The notes: generated by a model from the letters alone, not told the origin. A stretch of DNA of 64,000 nt from a bacterium (GCA_965209155.1 OZ242383.1:3488001-3552000); one strand, 5' to 3'; positions 21,859-32,033 are shown, counted from the stretch's first letter. Program-made: numbers and translations.

Positions 21859-23532
21859 ATGGCTATACTAACTGGTACCTATGCGTTTCTGGAGATGCTT
21901 CGCGCTGAGGGCGTCAAATACATATTTGGAAATCCAGGCACGAGCGAGGCGGCTATTATGGACGCTCTTTCAAGTTACCCCGATATTGAATATATCCTGG
22001 TCGTTCAAGAGGGGATTGCGATTGGAATGGCGGATGCGTATGCGCGCGCCAGTGGTGAAGTCGGTTTTGTCAGCTTGCACATCGACAATGGTCTCGCCAA
22101 CGCCTTTTCACTTCTTGCCGATTCAAAATATGCCGGCACTCCGCTGGTTGTCACCGCAGGCAACAAGGATGTCCGAAAACTGGCAGAAGGTCGATCAGAT
22201 CTGGCGCGTATGGCCGAACCGTTCTGTAAATGGAGCGTGGAGATCACTCATCCCGATCAATACCCGAGTGTTTTGAGACGAGCGTTTCTGGAAGCAAGAA
22301 CCGAGCCAACGGGCCCGGTCTTTGTCTCATTCTCCGCCAATTCTTTGGATGGCACCACGGACCAGGCGATTTTCCCCTCATCACGCCACGTCACCCTGCC
22401 CGAACCTTCCGCTCAAGCTGTCCGAGAGGCAGCCGCTCTCTTGAAAAGCGCCCGGAATCCCGTGATGCTTGTCGGGAATCGGGTTGGTAAATATGGATCA
22501 GTCCGGCAGGCGGTTTGCCTGGCCGAACAAATAGGAGCTGCGGTGTATGGACATGTTAGCAACCAGGTCAATTTTCCCACCGGTCACCCTCAATTCCTGG
22601 GCAGGTTACCATGGTCCAGCGTGAGAACGAAACCGATTCGCGAAACGTTGCAATCAGCCGATGTGATCATAGCCATTGGCTGTCCGGTGTTTGCTGACTA
22701 TTTTTACCTGACAGAGCCTGTTTTTCACGAAAAGGCGGCTCTCATCCATATTGACCCCCTTTCCGGTGAAATTGGCAAAACTGAGAAGACCGAAATTGGG
22801 ATCCATGCTGCACCTGCCAGCACGCTCACCTCACTGAGCGCCGAATTGAAAGACGGCATGACCCCTTCAGAAGTTGAAGCGGCCACTGCTCGCAAAAAGC
22901 AAATTACGATGAAATCGCAGGCGCAGCAAAACGAATTCATGCAGTTGGCTGAATCTCAAAGGCAGCAAAACCCTATGGGAGTGGCGGCAGCAATGCAGGC
23001 CATTGCGGAGGCAATGCCACCCGAGGCACTGGTATTCGACGATTCGGTCAGTACCTCGGGGATGTTTCATGCTGCCGTTAAATTCAATCAGCCGGGTGGT
23101 TATTATGGTTCGATCGGGGGGGCCATCGGCTGGGGAATGGGCGGTGGCCCGGGATTGAAGCTGGCTCGTCCGGATCACGCGGTGCTGGCTATCGTCGGAG
23201 ACGGGAGTGCGATGATGACCGTCCAGGGACTATGGACCGCCGTGAATTCGAAGATCCCGGTCGTCTACCTGATTTGCAACAACGCTTCGTACCGGGTCCT
23301 CAAAATCAACATGAACCTCTATAAAGAAGCAATCCTCGGACAAAGCCATCGGCCGAACCAGTACCCAAACATGGACTTTCACGTGCCTTTTGATTTTTCA
23401 GCCATTGCCCGCGCCTTTGGGGCCACGGGGATTCGTATCGAAAGGGTGGAAGACATCGGACCCGCCCTGCAGAAAGCAATCCAAGCCAATCAGCCTGCCG
23501 TCCTTGACCTGATCCTTGACGGCTCCCTTTGA
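21859..23532 (+). CDS. Thiamine-diphosphate-dependent enzyme (benzoylformate decarboxylase-like)
   Basis: FGNPGTSE, QEGIAIGMADAYAR and GDGS...NNASY ThDP motif. Confidence 0.88.
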   Translation: MAILTGTYAFLEMLRAEGVKYIFGNPGTSEAAIMDALSSYPDIEYILVVQEGIAIGMADAYARASGEVGFVSLHIDNGLANAFSLLADSKYAGTPLVVTAGNKDVRKLAEGRSDLARMAEPFCKWSVEITHPDQYPSVLRRAFLEARTEPTGPVFVSFSANSLDGTTDQAIFPSSRHVTLPEPSAQAVREAAALLKSARNPVMLVGNRVGKYGSVRQAVCLAEQIGAAVYGHVSNQVNFPTGHPQFLGRLPWSSVRTKPIRETLQSADVIIAIGCPVFADYFYLTEPVFHEKAALIHIDPLSGEIGKTEKTEIGIHAAPASTLTSLSAELKDGMTPSEVEAATARKKQITMKSQAQQNEFMQLAESQRQQNPMGVAAAMQAIAEAMPPEALVFDDSVSTSGMFHAAVKFNQPGGYYGSIGGAIGWGMGGGPGLKLARPDHAVLAIVGDGSAMMTVQGLWTAVNSKIPVVYLICNNASYRVLKINMNLYKEAILGQSHRPNQYPNMDFHVPFDFSAIARAFGATGIRIERVEDIGPALQKAIQANQPAVLDLILDGSL

Positions 23533-24233
23533 AAAATGCCGTACCTCGATCAACCCCCGAGCTTTCCGAATCCGCTGTCGAGAAGATGCTCATTCAACAA
23601 TTACTCACGGAGCGGATTTTCCGCACGGTCTTCAACAACCCCGACTTCACCCGTCGTAACGTCATCGCCAATGAGATCGAGATGGTGATCGACGCGCTCA
23701 CTTCTCAATCCTTCAGTCGACTGGATTTCCTTCAAAGCCTGGACCGCTTCTATCTCGCCATTGAAAGAACGGCGGCAACCATCAGTGATTTTTCACAGAA
23801 ACAGCATTTCCTCAACACGGTTTACGAAAAGTTTTTCCAGGGCTTTTCGGTGGAGGTTGCCGACACCCACGGCATCGTCTACACGCCGCAACCGATTGTG
23901 GATTTCATGGTAAAAAGCGTGGAACAGCTCCTGTGCAGCGAATTCGATACCTCACTTTCAAACGAGGGAGTGCACGTCATCGACCATTTCGTGGGCAGCG
24001 GCAATTTCATCGTCCGCATTATGCGGGAAATCTGTAAAACTGCGCTGCCGGGCAAGTATGCAAGCGAGCTTCACTGCAACGAGGTCATGCTGCTCCCTTA
24101 CTACGTCACCTCCATGAACATTGAGCACGAGTTTTACCAGGCAACCGGGACTTACCAGCCCTTCGAGGGCATCTGCCTCGTGGATACATTTAACCTGGCG
24201 GAAGAACGCCAGTTACCGCTTTTTGGCTCATGA
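23529..24233 (+). pseudogene. Fragment of an N6-adenine methyltransferase / Type ISP-like restriction-modification enzyme
   Basis: YEKFFQGF, HGIVYTPQPIVDFM and degenerate motif I (DHFVGSGNF); ends before NPPY. Confidence 0.8.
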
Positions 24234-24274
24234 TCGTAAAGAAGCGGATCTCCCTGATTGATAGATTTTTAATT
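24217..24274 (+). repeat. 58-bp direct repeat, copy A (copy B at 29883-29940)
   Basis: CGCTTTTTGGCTCATGATCGTAAAGAAGCGGATCTCCCTGATTGATAGATTTTTAATT identical at both sites. Confidence 0.95.
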
Positions 24275-24276
24275 AG

Positions 24277-24868
24277 TCCCCCACAAGGTTTAAACCTCCG
24301 CCTTTAGGCGGATAGATTTATCCCTCCCTTTATGCTAAGCCATCGCATGAAAGGAGGATCTCATGGAATATAGGTATGGCAGTCACACCGTTTTCAATAT
24401 TGAGTATCATTTTGTTTGGGTTACCAGAAATCGTTATAAGGTTCTCACTGGTGATGTCGCCTTGCGAGTTCGTGAATTGGTGCGTCAAACTTGCGAAGCA
24501 TTTGAGATCCGAATTCTCAGTGGGGTGGTGAGTAAAGATCATGTCCATCTGTTTCTCTCCGCTCCTCCAAGCATGGCCCCAAGTGAGATCATGCGTCGCC
24601 TCAAAGGCAGAAGTGCTAGTAAGCTGTTTGAAGAGTTTCCTGTCATCAAAAAACGCTATTGGGGCCGACACTTTTGGGCGAGAGGATATTTTTGTGCAAG
24701 GGCAGGTCAAGTGACTGATGAAATGATTAAAAGTTATTTGGAGCATCATTTTGAATCGAATCCTAATGACGATTTTCGGACCGAAGCCTAGACGGGTCTG
24801 AAATGACCCGTATCCGTACTTTCAGTACTTGAGTTTAAACCCTCCGTCTTCAGACTGTGGTTGTTTAA
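24277..24868 (+). mobile_element. IS200-type insertion sequence (tnpA only)
   Basis: Left hairpin TCCGCCT-TT-AGGCGGA after AAAC, preceded by TTAG; right imperfect hairpin CCTCCGTC-TTCA-GACTGTGG; ends approximate. Confidence 0.82.
24363..24791 (+). CDS. tnpA: IS200/IS605 family Y1 HUH transposase TnpA
   Basis: YHFVW, HUH motif DHVHL, LKGRS, FWARGYF and catalytic Tyr in IKSYLEHH. Confidence 0.95.
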   Translation: MEYRYGSHTVFNIEYHFVWVTRNRYKVLTGDVALRVRELVRQTCEAFEIRILSGVVSKDHVHLFLSAPPSMAPSEIMRRLKGRSASKLFEEFPVIKKRYWGRHFWARGYFCARAGQVTDEMIKSYLEHHFESNPNDDFRTEA

Positions 24869-25016
24869 TGATCCTCCTTAGTATTTGATCGATCGAGCTC
24901 AGGACTTTTTTGATGTGGGGGTCGACGAGTTCATGTTCCACTCTATTCCGAATAAACCAGAGTATTTTGCGGAACTCAACGAGGAGGTGTTCAGCACCTT
25001 TGACTGACCGTCATCC

Positions 25017-26216
25017 CTAAGCTTCGCTAACGACACGGCTCGCAGCTTCGATGGCCCCTGAACCATGAGGGATATTCAGCGCTTTCAAACCTGCGTCGAT
25101 CACCCCAAGCATGCCCAAGGTCATGTGCGCATTTACGTGCCCCATGTGCGCAACGCGAAAGAAACCATGGTAATCGGGGCTGGAAGGCTCCGCCATGCCC
25201 AGTCCAATGCCTAGGGTCACTCCGGTCTTTTTTTCAGTCCAGTGTCGTAGTTCGGTGGCATGAGGGGCATCCATGGAAGCGGCAGTGACCGAATGGGAAC
25301 GATCTTTGGGGTTGTTGATGTTTAGACGAATGGAACTGCCCCTTCCCCAGGCATCGAACGCTGCCCAGACCGCTCGGCTGAGTTTCGCATGCCTTTCCCA
25401 GGCTTTCTCAAGCCCTTCCTCTTCCAGCAGCATGGTCAACGCTTCACGCAGCCCAAAAAGATGGTGGGTTGGGGCGGTGCCGAAAAAGTATTCATAAAAC
25501 TTTTCCGGGTTGACTCGCGGACGGAAATCCCAGTAAGGAGTGACCAGTTCCGCATGCTTACGAGCTTCGAGCACACGCTGGTTGAAAAACATGAAACCCA
25601 GTCCCGGCGGAGTCATTAGGCCCTTCTGACTACCCGCCACCATCAGGTCCACCCCCCAGCTATCCATTTCAAAGGGTTCACAGGCCAAGCTGGCCATGGA
25701 GTCGACCATGTATAAGGCTGGGTGGCCAGAGGAACGAATACACTCGCCCAGAGCGGCGATGTTATTACTTACTGAGCTGGCCGTATCCGTTTGTACAACC
25801 AGGATTGCCTTGTAGCTCCGGTTCACATCGAGTTTTAGCTTGGTTGCCACCTGATTCAGGTCCACCGGGGCCGATTTGCCGAAATCGATCAGGTCCACTT
25901 CCACCCCAAGCTGTTCAGCTATCTTGGCCCACATGGCAACGAAGCGTCCCGTAGCCAAGGCAAGCACCTTGTCCCCGCGCGAGAGGGTGTTGGTCAGAGC
26001 CGCCTCCCAGGAACCGTGCCCGTTGGAGATGTAGATGGCTACATCCCCGGAACTCTTGGCCACCCGGTTCAAATCCGGAACCATGCCTTCCACCATTTCG
26101 TGGAGGACCCCCTCATAGATATTCGGTGCTGCCTGGTGCATCGCCTGCAGGACTCGGTCCGGTATCACCGAAGATCCTGGAATAGCAAAATAGTGACGGC
26201 CATGGCTTAATGTCAT
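25017..26216 (-). CDS. Class V PLP aminotransferase (serine-glyoxylate aminotransferase-like)
   Basis: IPGSSVIP, GHGSWEAA, VDSMAS, GSQKGLMTPPG and FRVAHMG motifs. Confidence 0.88.
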   Translation of the reverse strand: MTLSHGRHYFAIPGSSVIPDRVLQAMHQAAPNIYEGVLHEMVEGMVPDLNRVAKSSGDVAIYISNGHGSWEAALTNTLSRGDKVLALATGRFVAMWAKIAEQLGVEVDLIDFGKSAPVDLNQVATKLKLDVNRSYKAILVVQTDTASSVSNNIAALGECIRSSGHPALYMVDSMASLACEPFEMDSWGVDLMVAGSQKGLMTPPGLGFMFFNQRVLEARKHAELVTPYWDFRPRVNPEKFYEYFFGTAPTHHLFGLREALTMLLEEEGLEKAWERHAKLSRAVWAAFDAWGRGSSIRLNINNPKDRSHSVTAASMDAPHATELRHWTEKKTGVTLGIGLGMAEPSSPDYHGFFRVAHMGHVNAHMTLGMLGVIDAGLKALNIPHGSGAIEAASRVVSEA

Positions 26217-26253
26217 AAAATTCCTTGAAAGCAAGTTGTTGATCGCCTATCCC

Positions 26254-26731
26254 GATAGTGTAAATTAAATTGTGTGAAATTGAGAAGGGCTTGAATCCAT
26301 GGGACTATCCCGGTAGGTTTGATGATGTCCAATTTAAACCTGCTATCAGGAGAAAGCCCCATGAAATTGGAATTGACCGTAACGGAATTTAAGGAAATGT
26401 TCAATACTCTTCAAAGCCCGGATGAATGGTTGGAGCTGCTGCGAGTGGATTTTAGCCATCAAGTTGGTATTTATCTTTCCAAATTAATGAAGGCAGAACT
26501 GAGCGAACATCTGGACGGGAGCCCTATGAGCGAAGCGGGAACCTGGAGAGAACGTGATCTTTCTATGGAAATTGTCGCCGGAGAAAACTCTTGCTATCGA
26601 CTCTTGGCTTTTATTAGACTCAAAATGGAAATGTACTGGAGGTCAACACCTGTCGGGAAAGTACAAAAGAATTTACCCTTCTTCAAGCAAATCAATGGCT
26701 AATACATTCGCACAAATAAGTTTGCACTATC
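26254..26731 (+). mobile_element. Internally deleted IS256-family element
   Basis: Imperfect terminal IRs GATAGTGTAAATTAAATTGTGTGAA / TTCGCACAAATAAGTTTGCACTATC; ORF 26361-26702 joins an IS256-like N-terminus (..LMKAELSEHL) to a C-terminus (MEIVAGENSCYRLLAF..NLPFF). Confidence 0.72.
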
Positions 26732-26962
26732 CGAAAATTACGTTAGCGTTTCACAAGCATGTTTCGACAAGTGGGAAGATCCTTTTAACTTGCAAGTAAT
26801 TGTCCCTTAAACATGGTCAATGTTTCCCCAAGTCGTCATTTGTTTGATGATTGTACCTGTGAGATGCTTTGATCAGGACAGCCCAGGAGGACTGAGAAGG
26901 AAACTTCTGGTAAAATATTCACGGACTTCCTTATACGGGTTACGAGAGAAAAGGAGAGCGTT

Positions 26963-28264
26963 TTGCAATCATCTTTATTCCCCGAAGATACGCCCCTGGC
27001 AGCGCCGCCAAGGAGCAACGGCAGTATAAACAGGCTGGACGTTGATGACAGGCACTTCCACGACTGGTATCGATTCGTCCTGTCATTTCCCGCCCATCTT
27101 GTTCGTGAATATCTCCGCAGGTTTGAGCTGAACGAGGACGATATGCTGTTGGACCCGTTTTGCGGCGCAGGGACAACACTGGTCGAGGCAAAACGTCACG
27201 GCATACCCAGTACAGGGATTGAAGCAAATGCCATCGCGCATTTTGCCTGTTCCGTAAAAACAGATTGGGATGTAGATCCTGCCGGACTGAGGGAACATGC
27301 CTATTCACTGGCAAGACAGGCAAAGGAAATTATCGATTCATGGAGCACTGCATCTCTTCGAACACTGCCGGAAGAGTCATTCAACCTATTGTTAAACGGA
27401 TCAATAAGTTCGTTGCCGTTGCATAAGTCTTTGGTGCTACGGGATCAAATCGAAGAAAATGAAGACGCCGGGTATAAACGGCATGAATTGCTTGCGCTTG
27501 CAAATTCATTGGTTTTTTCCACCAGCAACCTGTATTTTGGCCCGGAGGTAGGGGTACGGCGAACAAAAAAAGCAGATGCGCCGGTTATCGAAAGCTGGTT
27601 GACTGAAGTGGAAAAAATCGTAGCGGATTTGCGTATGAAAAAATGCCCGAATGCGCCGGCTACGGTATATCATGCAGATGCGCGGCAACTGGCTTCGCTG
27701 TTATCTCCTGAAAGTATCAGCGCCGTTTTTACCTCTCCGCCTTATCCGAACGAGAAAGACTATACGAGAACCACGAGGCTGGAAAGCGTGATGTTGGGAT
27801 ATATCAAAAACAAGGAAGAATTGCGGAGGTTGAAAAAAACCCTGCTCAGGTCCAATTCACGTAATGTTTATAAGGGAGACGATGACGATGAATGGGTCGT
27901 GGGACATGCAGAAATACAGTCAATAGCCGAGGAGATAGAAAAACGCAGAATTGCGCTCGGCAAAACATCCGGTTTTGAAAGGCAATACAGCAAGGTGACC
28001 AAGTTGTATTTCGGCGGCATGGCCCGACACCTGTCCGAATTACGACCATTTCTGAAACCTGGAGCGTATCTTGGTTATGTTGTGGGAGATCAGGCCTCAT
28101 ACCTGCAAGTCATGATTCGCACCGGTCAGATACTTGCGGACATAGCCCGGTCGCTGGGCTACCGGGTCGTCAGAATTGACCTGTTTCGCACCCGTCTTGC
28201 CACGGCAACACGCAAACAGGTGCGGGAAGAAGTAGTTGTATTGCAATGGCCGGGGTGTCAGTAA
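26963..28264 (+). CDS. DNA methyltransferase, probably N4-cytosine-specific (Type II)
   Basis: HDWYRF, motif I DPFCGAGT and motif IV FTSPPY. Confidence 0.88.
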   Translation: MQSSLFPEDTPLAAPPRSNGSINRLDVDDRHFHDWYRFVLSFPAHLVREYLRRFELNEDDMLLDPFCGAGTTLVEAKRHGIPSTGIEANAIAHFACSVKTDWDVDPAGLREHAYSLARQAKEIIDSWSTASLRTLPEESFNLLLNGSISSLPLHKSLVLRDQIEENEDAGYKRHELLALANSLVFSTSNLYFGPEVGVRRTKKADAPVIESWLTEVEKIVADLRMKKCPNAPATVYHADARQLASLLSPESISAVFTSPPYPNEKDYTRTTRLESVMLGYIKNKEELRRLKKTLLRSNSRNVYKGDDDDEWVVGHAEIQSIAEEIEKRRIALGKTSGFERQYSKVTKLYFGGMARHLSELRPFLKPGAYLGYVVGDQASYLQVMIRTGQILADIARSLGYRVVRIDLFRTRLATATRKQVREEVVVLQWPGCQ

Positions 28265-28275
28265 GGAGAGGCAGG

Positions 28276-28493
28276 ATGGCTGAGAGTGGAAACCGATATT
28301 CGAGACTGATTGAATATATCTTTCTCGGGAATCACAGGAATGAGGCGCAGGAGGTAAACTTCCGGCGCGAAGATCTAGTCAGCGCAGCAAAGGAACTGAG
28401 GAGAAACATTATCGTCTTGTCTCTCCTGAGCAAATGACGGATGAGGACCTTGCCCGGTATCGTAATGAGACTATTGGGGTTACTCGTGAGTAA
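28276..28493 (+). pseudogene. Internally deleted restriction endonuclease gene
   Basis: N-terminus MAESGNRYSRLIEYIF..SAAKEL joined out of frame to C-terminus EKHYRLVSPEQMTDEDLARYR.. (28401-28493); directly after the methyltransferase. Confidence 0.6.
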
Positions 28494-28565
28494 AGTGGAA
28501 GATCGCCGGATTGTGATCGGTCCCGCTGTCGAAGAGGATAGTCTTGACGCATTACTTGCGCAAAT

Positions 28566-29610
28566 GTAACTATTTAGGATTCTTTAGAGCCCCCTTCAAT
28601 TTAAGCACAGGTTTTGCATGGCATAAAGTCCAGAAAGGACATTATGCTCTCGAAAGTTCAAAAGTATATTAGTTCCATTTCATCGACAGCCCCCCTTGAG
28701 GCTCTTCAAGAAGCCTGTCAACTCTTTGAAAAAGAACGAGAGCAGTGGAAGCAAGAGCGATTAGCACTCCTCAAACGTATTGAAGTGCTCGAAGCAGAAA
28801 ATAAGCAACTTCGGGATCAGTTGGCTCTCAACAGCCAAAACTCAAGTAAGCCTCCTTCCAGCGATCCAAGTCGAAAGAACAAAAGTTTGCGTAAAAGCAG
28901 GGGTCGCTCTCGCGGAGGTCAACCCGGTCATCAAGGCCATCATTTGGCTTTCAGTGAATCACCGGATCAGGTGGAGTCCCATTCTCCCATCACCTGTGAA
29001 GCCTGTGGAGAAGATTTATCCAAGGTGGCGGTTGAGGCCACGCATAAACGTCAAGTTTTTGATCTTCCCCCGCTCCAATTAGAGGTCACCGAGCATCAGG
29101 TGGAACAAAAAATTTGTTCCTGCTGCCGGCATCTGAATCGCTCGAGCTTTCCAGCAGAGATAGAGGGACCCACTCAATATGGTCCCCGGATCAAAGGCTT
29201 AGCGGTTTATCTGAATCAATATCAGTTTCTGCCTTTTGATCGATGCCAGCAATTCTTTGAGGATCAGTTCGGCCAGCCGCTCAATGCGGCCACGATTTAT
29301 GCTAGCCTCCAGCAAGCCGCCCAGAGGCTTTATCCCTTGCAACAACAAGTGGCTGAAGCTCTGATTCAAGCGGACGCCCCAAACAGAGCAAAGCCAAAAA
29401 TTTACTCGATCGCTTGATCCTCTATGAAAAGGAAAGCTTGTTATTCATGGATGACTTCCGGGTTCCTTTTGACAACAACCAAGCCGAGCGAGATATACGC
29501 ATGGTTAAATTGAAACAGAAAATCTCAGGCGGCTTCCGAACGGCTGAAGGATCACAGGCTTTTTGTACCCGAACCCATTTCCACTACCAGAAAACAGGGA
29601 AAATCCATCT
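28566..29610 (+). mobile_element. IS66-family remnant (single-ORF type) with an internally deleted transposase
   Basis: GTAACTATTTAGG end; NSQNSSKPPSSD, GGQPGHQG and zinc-finger region (28614-29417); C-terminal [22 protein letters not shown] (29414 onward); catalytic core missing. Confidence 0.88.
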
Positions 29611-29739
29611 TCGAGATGCTCACACAGGCTTTGTCTCTCCCGGATCCAGTCCGGGACAAGCTTTTACCTGCGCCTCTTTGTTACTGAAACTCCTCTTTTT
29701 TAAAACGTTTCGCCCTTGCGGGCCAAACGTATTCCTGGC

Positions 29740-29880
29740 AAACATAGCATCGTCAATGCGATTTTGTAGGTCGTGAAAACGAGTTGTCAGTGGAGCATGC
29801 TTGCCCATGATTTACCTCCCTGGCAAAGCGTTTACGATCATTATCGCCATTGGAAAAAACACTGGATTGTGGAGTGAACC
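29740..29880 (+). pseudogene. IS5-family transposase fragment
   Basis: Manual translation [36 protein letters not shown] matches the NAI..CQW..LP.W.SVY pattern. Confidence 0.75.
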
Positions 29881-29882
29881 TT

Positions 29883-29940
29883 CGCTTTTTGGCTCATGAT
29901 CGTAAAGAAGCGGATCTCCCTGATTGATAGATTTTTAATT
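29883..29940 (+). repeat. 58-bp direct repeat, copy B
   Basis: Identical to 24217-24274. Confidence 0.95.
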
Positions 29941-30151
29941 TGGGGTTGACATTGTGCAAGTAGTAGTAGTGCTAAAACCATACCATCACTAAGTTGTTTT
30001 AGTGAAAGAAGAGGGTTTCCGATCGATGGAACAATATCGTGGGAGGACTTGAAAACGATCAGTCCTCTACGGAAATTTTTTTCAACGTTATTTGACTAAA
30101 CGGGTTTTCAGAGACCTGAATAGTTACAACCCTCAAATAAAAGAGGTAATT

Positions 30152-32002
30152 ATGAGTATTATAAAAAAACTTGTCGCCTCCTTCGTGGGGCTGAACCCGG
30201 CAGGCTCCTGGTCTGCTGTACAAAAACTTGTCCTCGCAAAAGCGGGGATGCAATCATTATTGCTCACCTTAACCCTGGTGGTGACCGCCTTTTGGGTCAG
30301 CCAGGCAGCCATGGCGGCTGAGAAAATGATGGTCACAGATCCCACCACCGGGGAGATGGTAACCGCTCCGGAGTATGGCGGGACCTTGACCTATGTCCGC
30401 AAGCAGGTGGGTGAGCATACGGACGTCTATTTCATTAGTGGCTGGGCGACCCACTTCATCAGTGGCGTTCTGGAGCAGCTCAGCATCGCGGACTGGGGAA
30501 TAGATCGGGACGTGGAGGACTGGAAAACAACGTTCGTCCATCTCGATGGCTTAAAAGGGGCGCTGGCGGAAAGCTGGTCGCAACCCGACCCACTGACCTA
30601 TGTCTTCAAAATCCGCCAGGGCGTTCACTGGCATGACAAGGCCCCCATGAATGGCAGAGCCTTGACCGCTAAGGACGTCGAATTTAACTGGCACCGTTAT
30701 ATGGGTCTGGGCAGCGGCTTCACCGAACCGAACGCCTCGTTTTGGGGACCCCTGAACACGTATAAGTGGGAATCGGTCACGGCCACCGACGATTCGACGG
30801 TGGTCTTCAAGCTGAAGGAGCCGGCGCGCGCTGACGTGCTATACTGGATTCTTGCCCACTACAATGCTTTCATGTACCCTCCCGAGGTCATCAAGGAACA
30901 CGGCGACGTTACGGATTGGAAGAACCTGGTCGGCACCGGGCCCTTTATGCTGACGGACTACGTCGAGGACAGCACTATCACCTGGGACAAGAACCCCAAC
31001 TACTGGGGCTTTGACGAAAAATACCCGGAGAACCGCCTGCCCTATATTGACCAGTTGAGGGGCTTGGTTATGCCGGAACCAGCCGTATTTGTGGCGGCAC
31101 TACGCTCGGCTAAGGCTGATTACGCAGGGACCCCCGGCGACTCTCAAATCAGGTCTATCGACACGGTAGAGAGCCTCAAGAAGACCAACCCCGAACTCGT
31201 GATTCACCCGTATTGGTATCGCTCGGATAACGCTTTTACTTTTAACGTGAAGAAGAAGCCCTTTGACGATATCAGGGTGCGCCAGGCCATGCAGATGGCC
31301 CTGGACCATGAGACCATTAACAAGACCTTCTTTAAGGGTTATGGCAACCCGGAACCCAGCGGGCATCTTGCGCGGGACGCCAAAGGGTTAGTCGTCCCAT
31401 TTCCGGAGTGGCCCGCAGAGGTCAAGAAATACTATACCTATGACCCGGAAGGGGCGAAACAGCTTCTGGCGGAAGCGGGCTTTCCCAATGGCTTCAAGAC
31501 CGTCCTGAACGCTTCGTTACGCTATGACCTGAGCTACCTGGAATTGGCTGCTCAATTCTGGCGTGAGATTGGCATCGAGGCAGAAATTAAAAGTATGGAT
31601 TCACAAGCGATGAGGGCGTGGGTAAACGACCCGAGTTATGAAGGTTTCAATGCCTATAGCACGGCCCACAGGTGGATCCCTCTCTCGATTGTGGAGCAGA
31701 GTTACTCGAAGGCGTCGAGGGTAAACTGGCGGGAAATCGCTGAACCGGAATATGACGCCTTGTATGAAACCGCCATAGCCACTGACGACCTTGAGGAGCA
31801 GAGGAGGCTGATTAGAGAGATGGATATGTATGGCGTAGAGAAGCATTGGGTAATATGGGGAACCGAAACGCCGCAGTTTAACGTGCACCAGCCGTGGGTC
31901 ATCGGTTATAACGGTGAACTCTGGTTGGGACAGGGTCAACATAATACCCCCTTCACCCGTCTCTGGATTGATAGTGAGCTGAAGAAAGAAATGGGGCACT
32001 AG
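30152..32002 (+). CDS. ABC transporter substrate-binding protein, family 5 (peptide/nickel)
   Basis: LAESW, IRQGVHW, VGTGPF and PFDDIRVRQA motifs; start could be 30152 or 30248. Confidence 0.9.
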   Translation: MSIIKKLVASFVGLNPAGSWSAVQKLVLAKAGMQSLLLTLTLVVTAFWVSQAAMAAEKMMVTDPTTGEMVTAPEYGGTLTYVRKQVGEHTDVYFISGWATHFISGVLEQLSIADWGIDRDVEDWKTTFVHLDGLKGALAESWSQPDPLTYVFKIRQGVHWHDKAPMNGRALTAKDVEFNWHRYMGLGSGFTEPNASFWGPLNTYKWESVTATDDSTVVFKLKEPARADVLYWILAHYNAFMYPPEVIKEHGDVTDWKNLVGTGPFMLTDYVEDSTITWDKNPNYWGFDEKYPENRLPYIDQLRGLVMPEPAVFVAALRSAKADYAGTPGDSQIRSIDTVESLKKTNPELVIHPYWYRSDNAFTFNVKKKPFDDIRVRQAMQMALDHETINKTFFKGYGNPEPSGHLARDAKGLVVPFPEWPAEVKKYYTYDPEGAKQLLAEAGFPNGFKTVLNASLRYDLSYLELAAQFWREIGIEAEIKSMDSQAMRAWVNDPSYEGFNAYSTAHRWIPLSIVEQSYSKASRVNWREIAEPEYDALYETAIATDDLEEQRRLIREMDMYGVEKHWVIWGTETPQFNVHQPWVIGYNGELWLGQGQHNTPFTRLWIDSELKKEMGH

Positions 32003-32033
32003 TTCTGTTGTCAGGAAATAACTGACCCGTAGT

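Noticed and set aside
24880..25007. Short C-terminal gene remnant (..DRAQDFFDVGVDEFMF..EEVFSTFD*), perhaps an LLM-class oxidoreductase
   Set aside because: Too short to assign without a search.
26060..26085. GGTTCAAATCC resembling a tRNA T-loop
   Set aside because: Lies within the aminotransferase CDS with no cloverleaf context.
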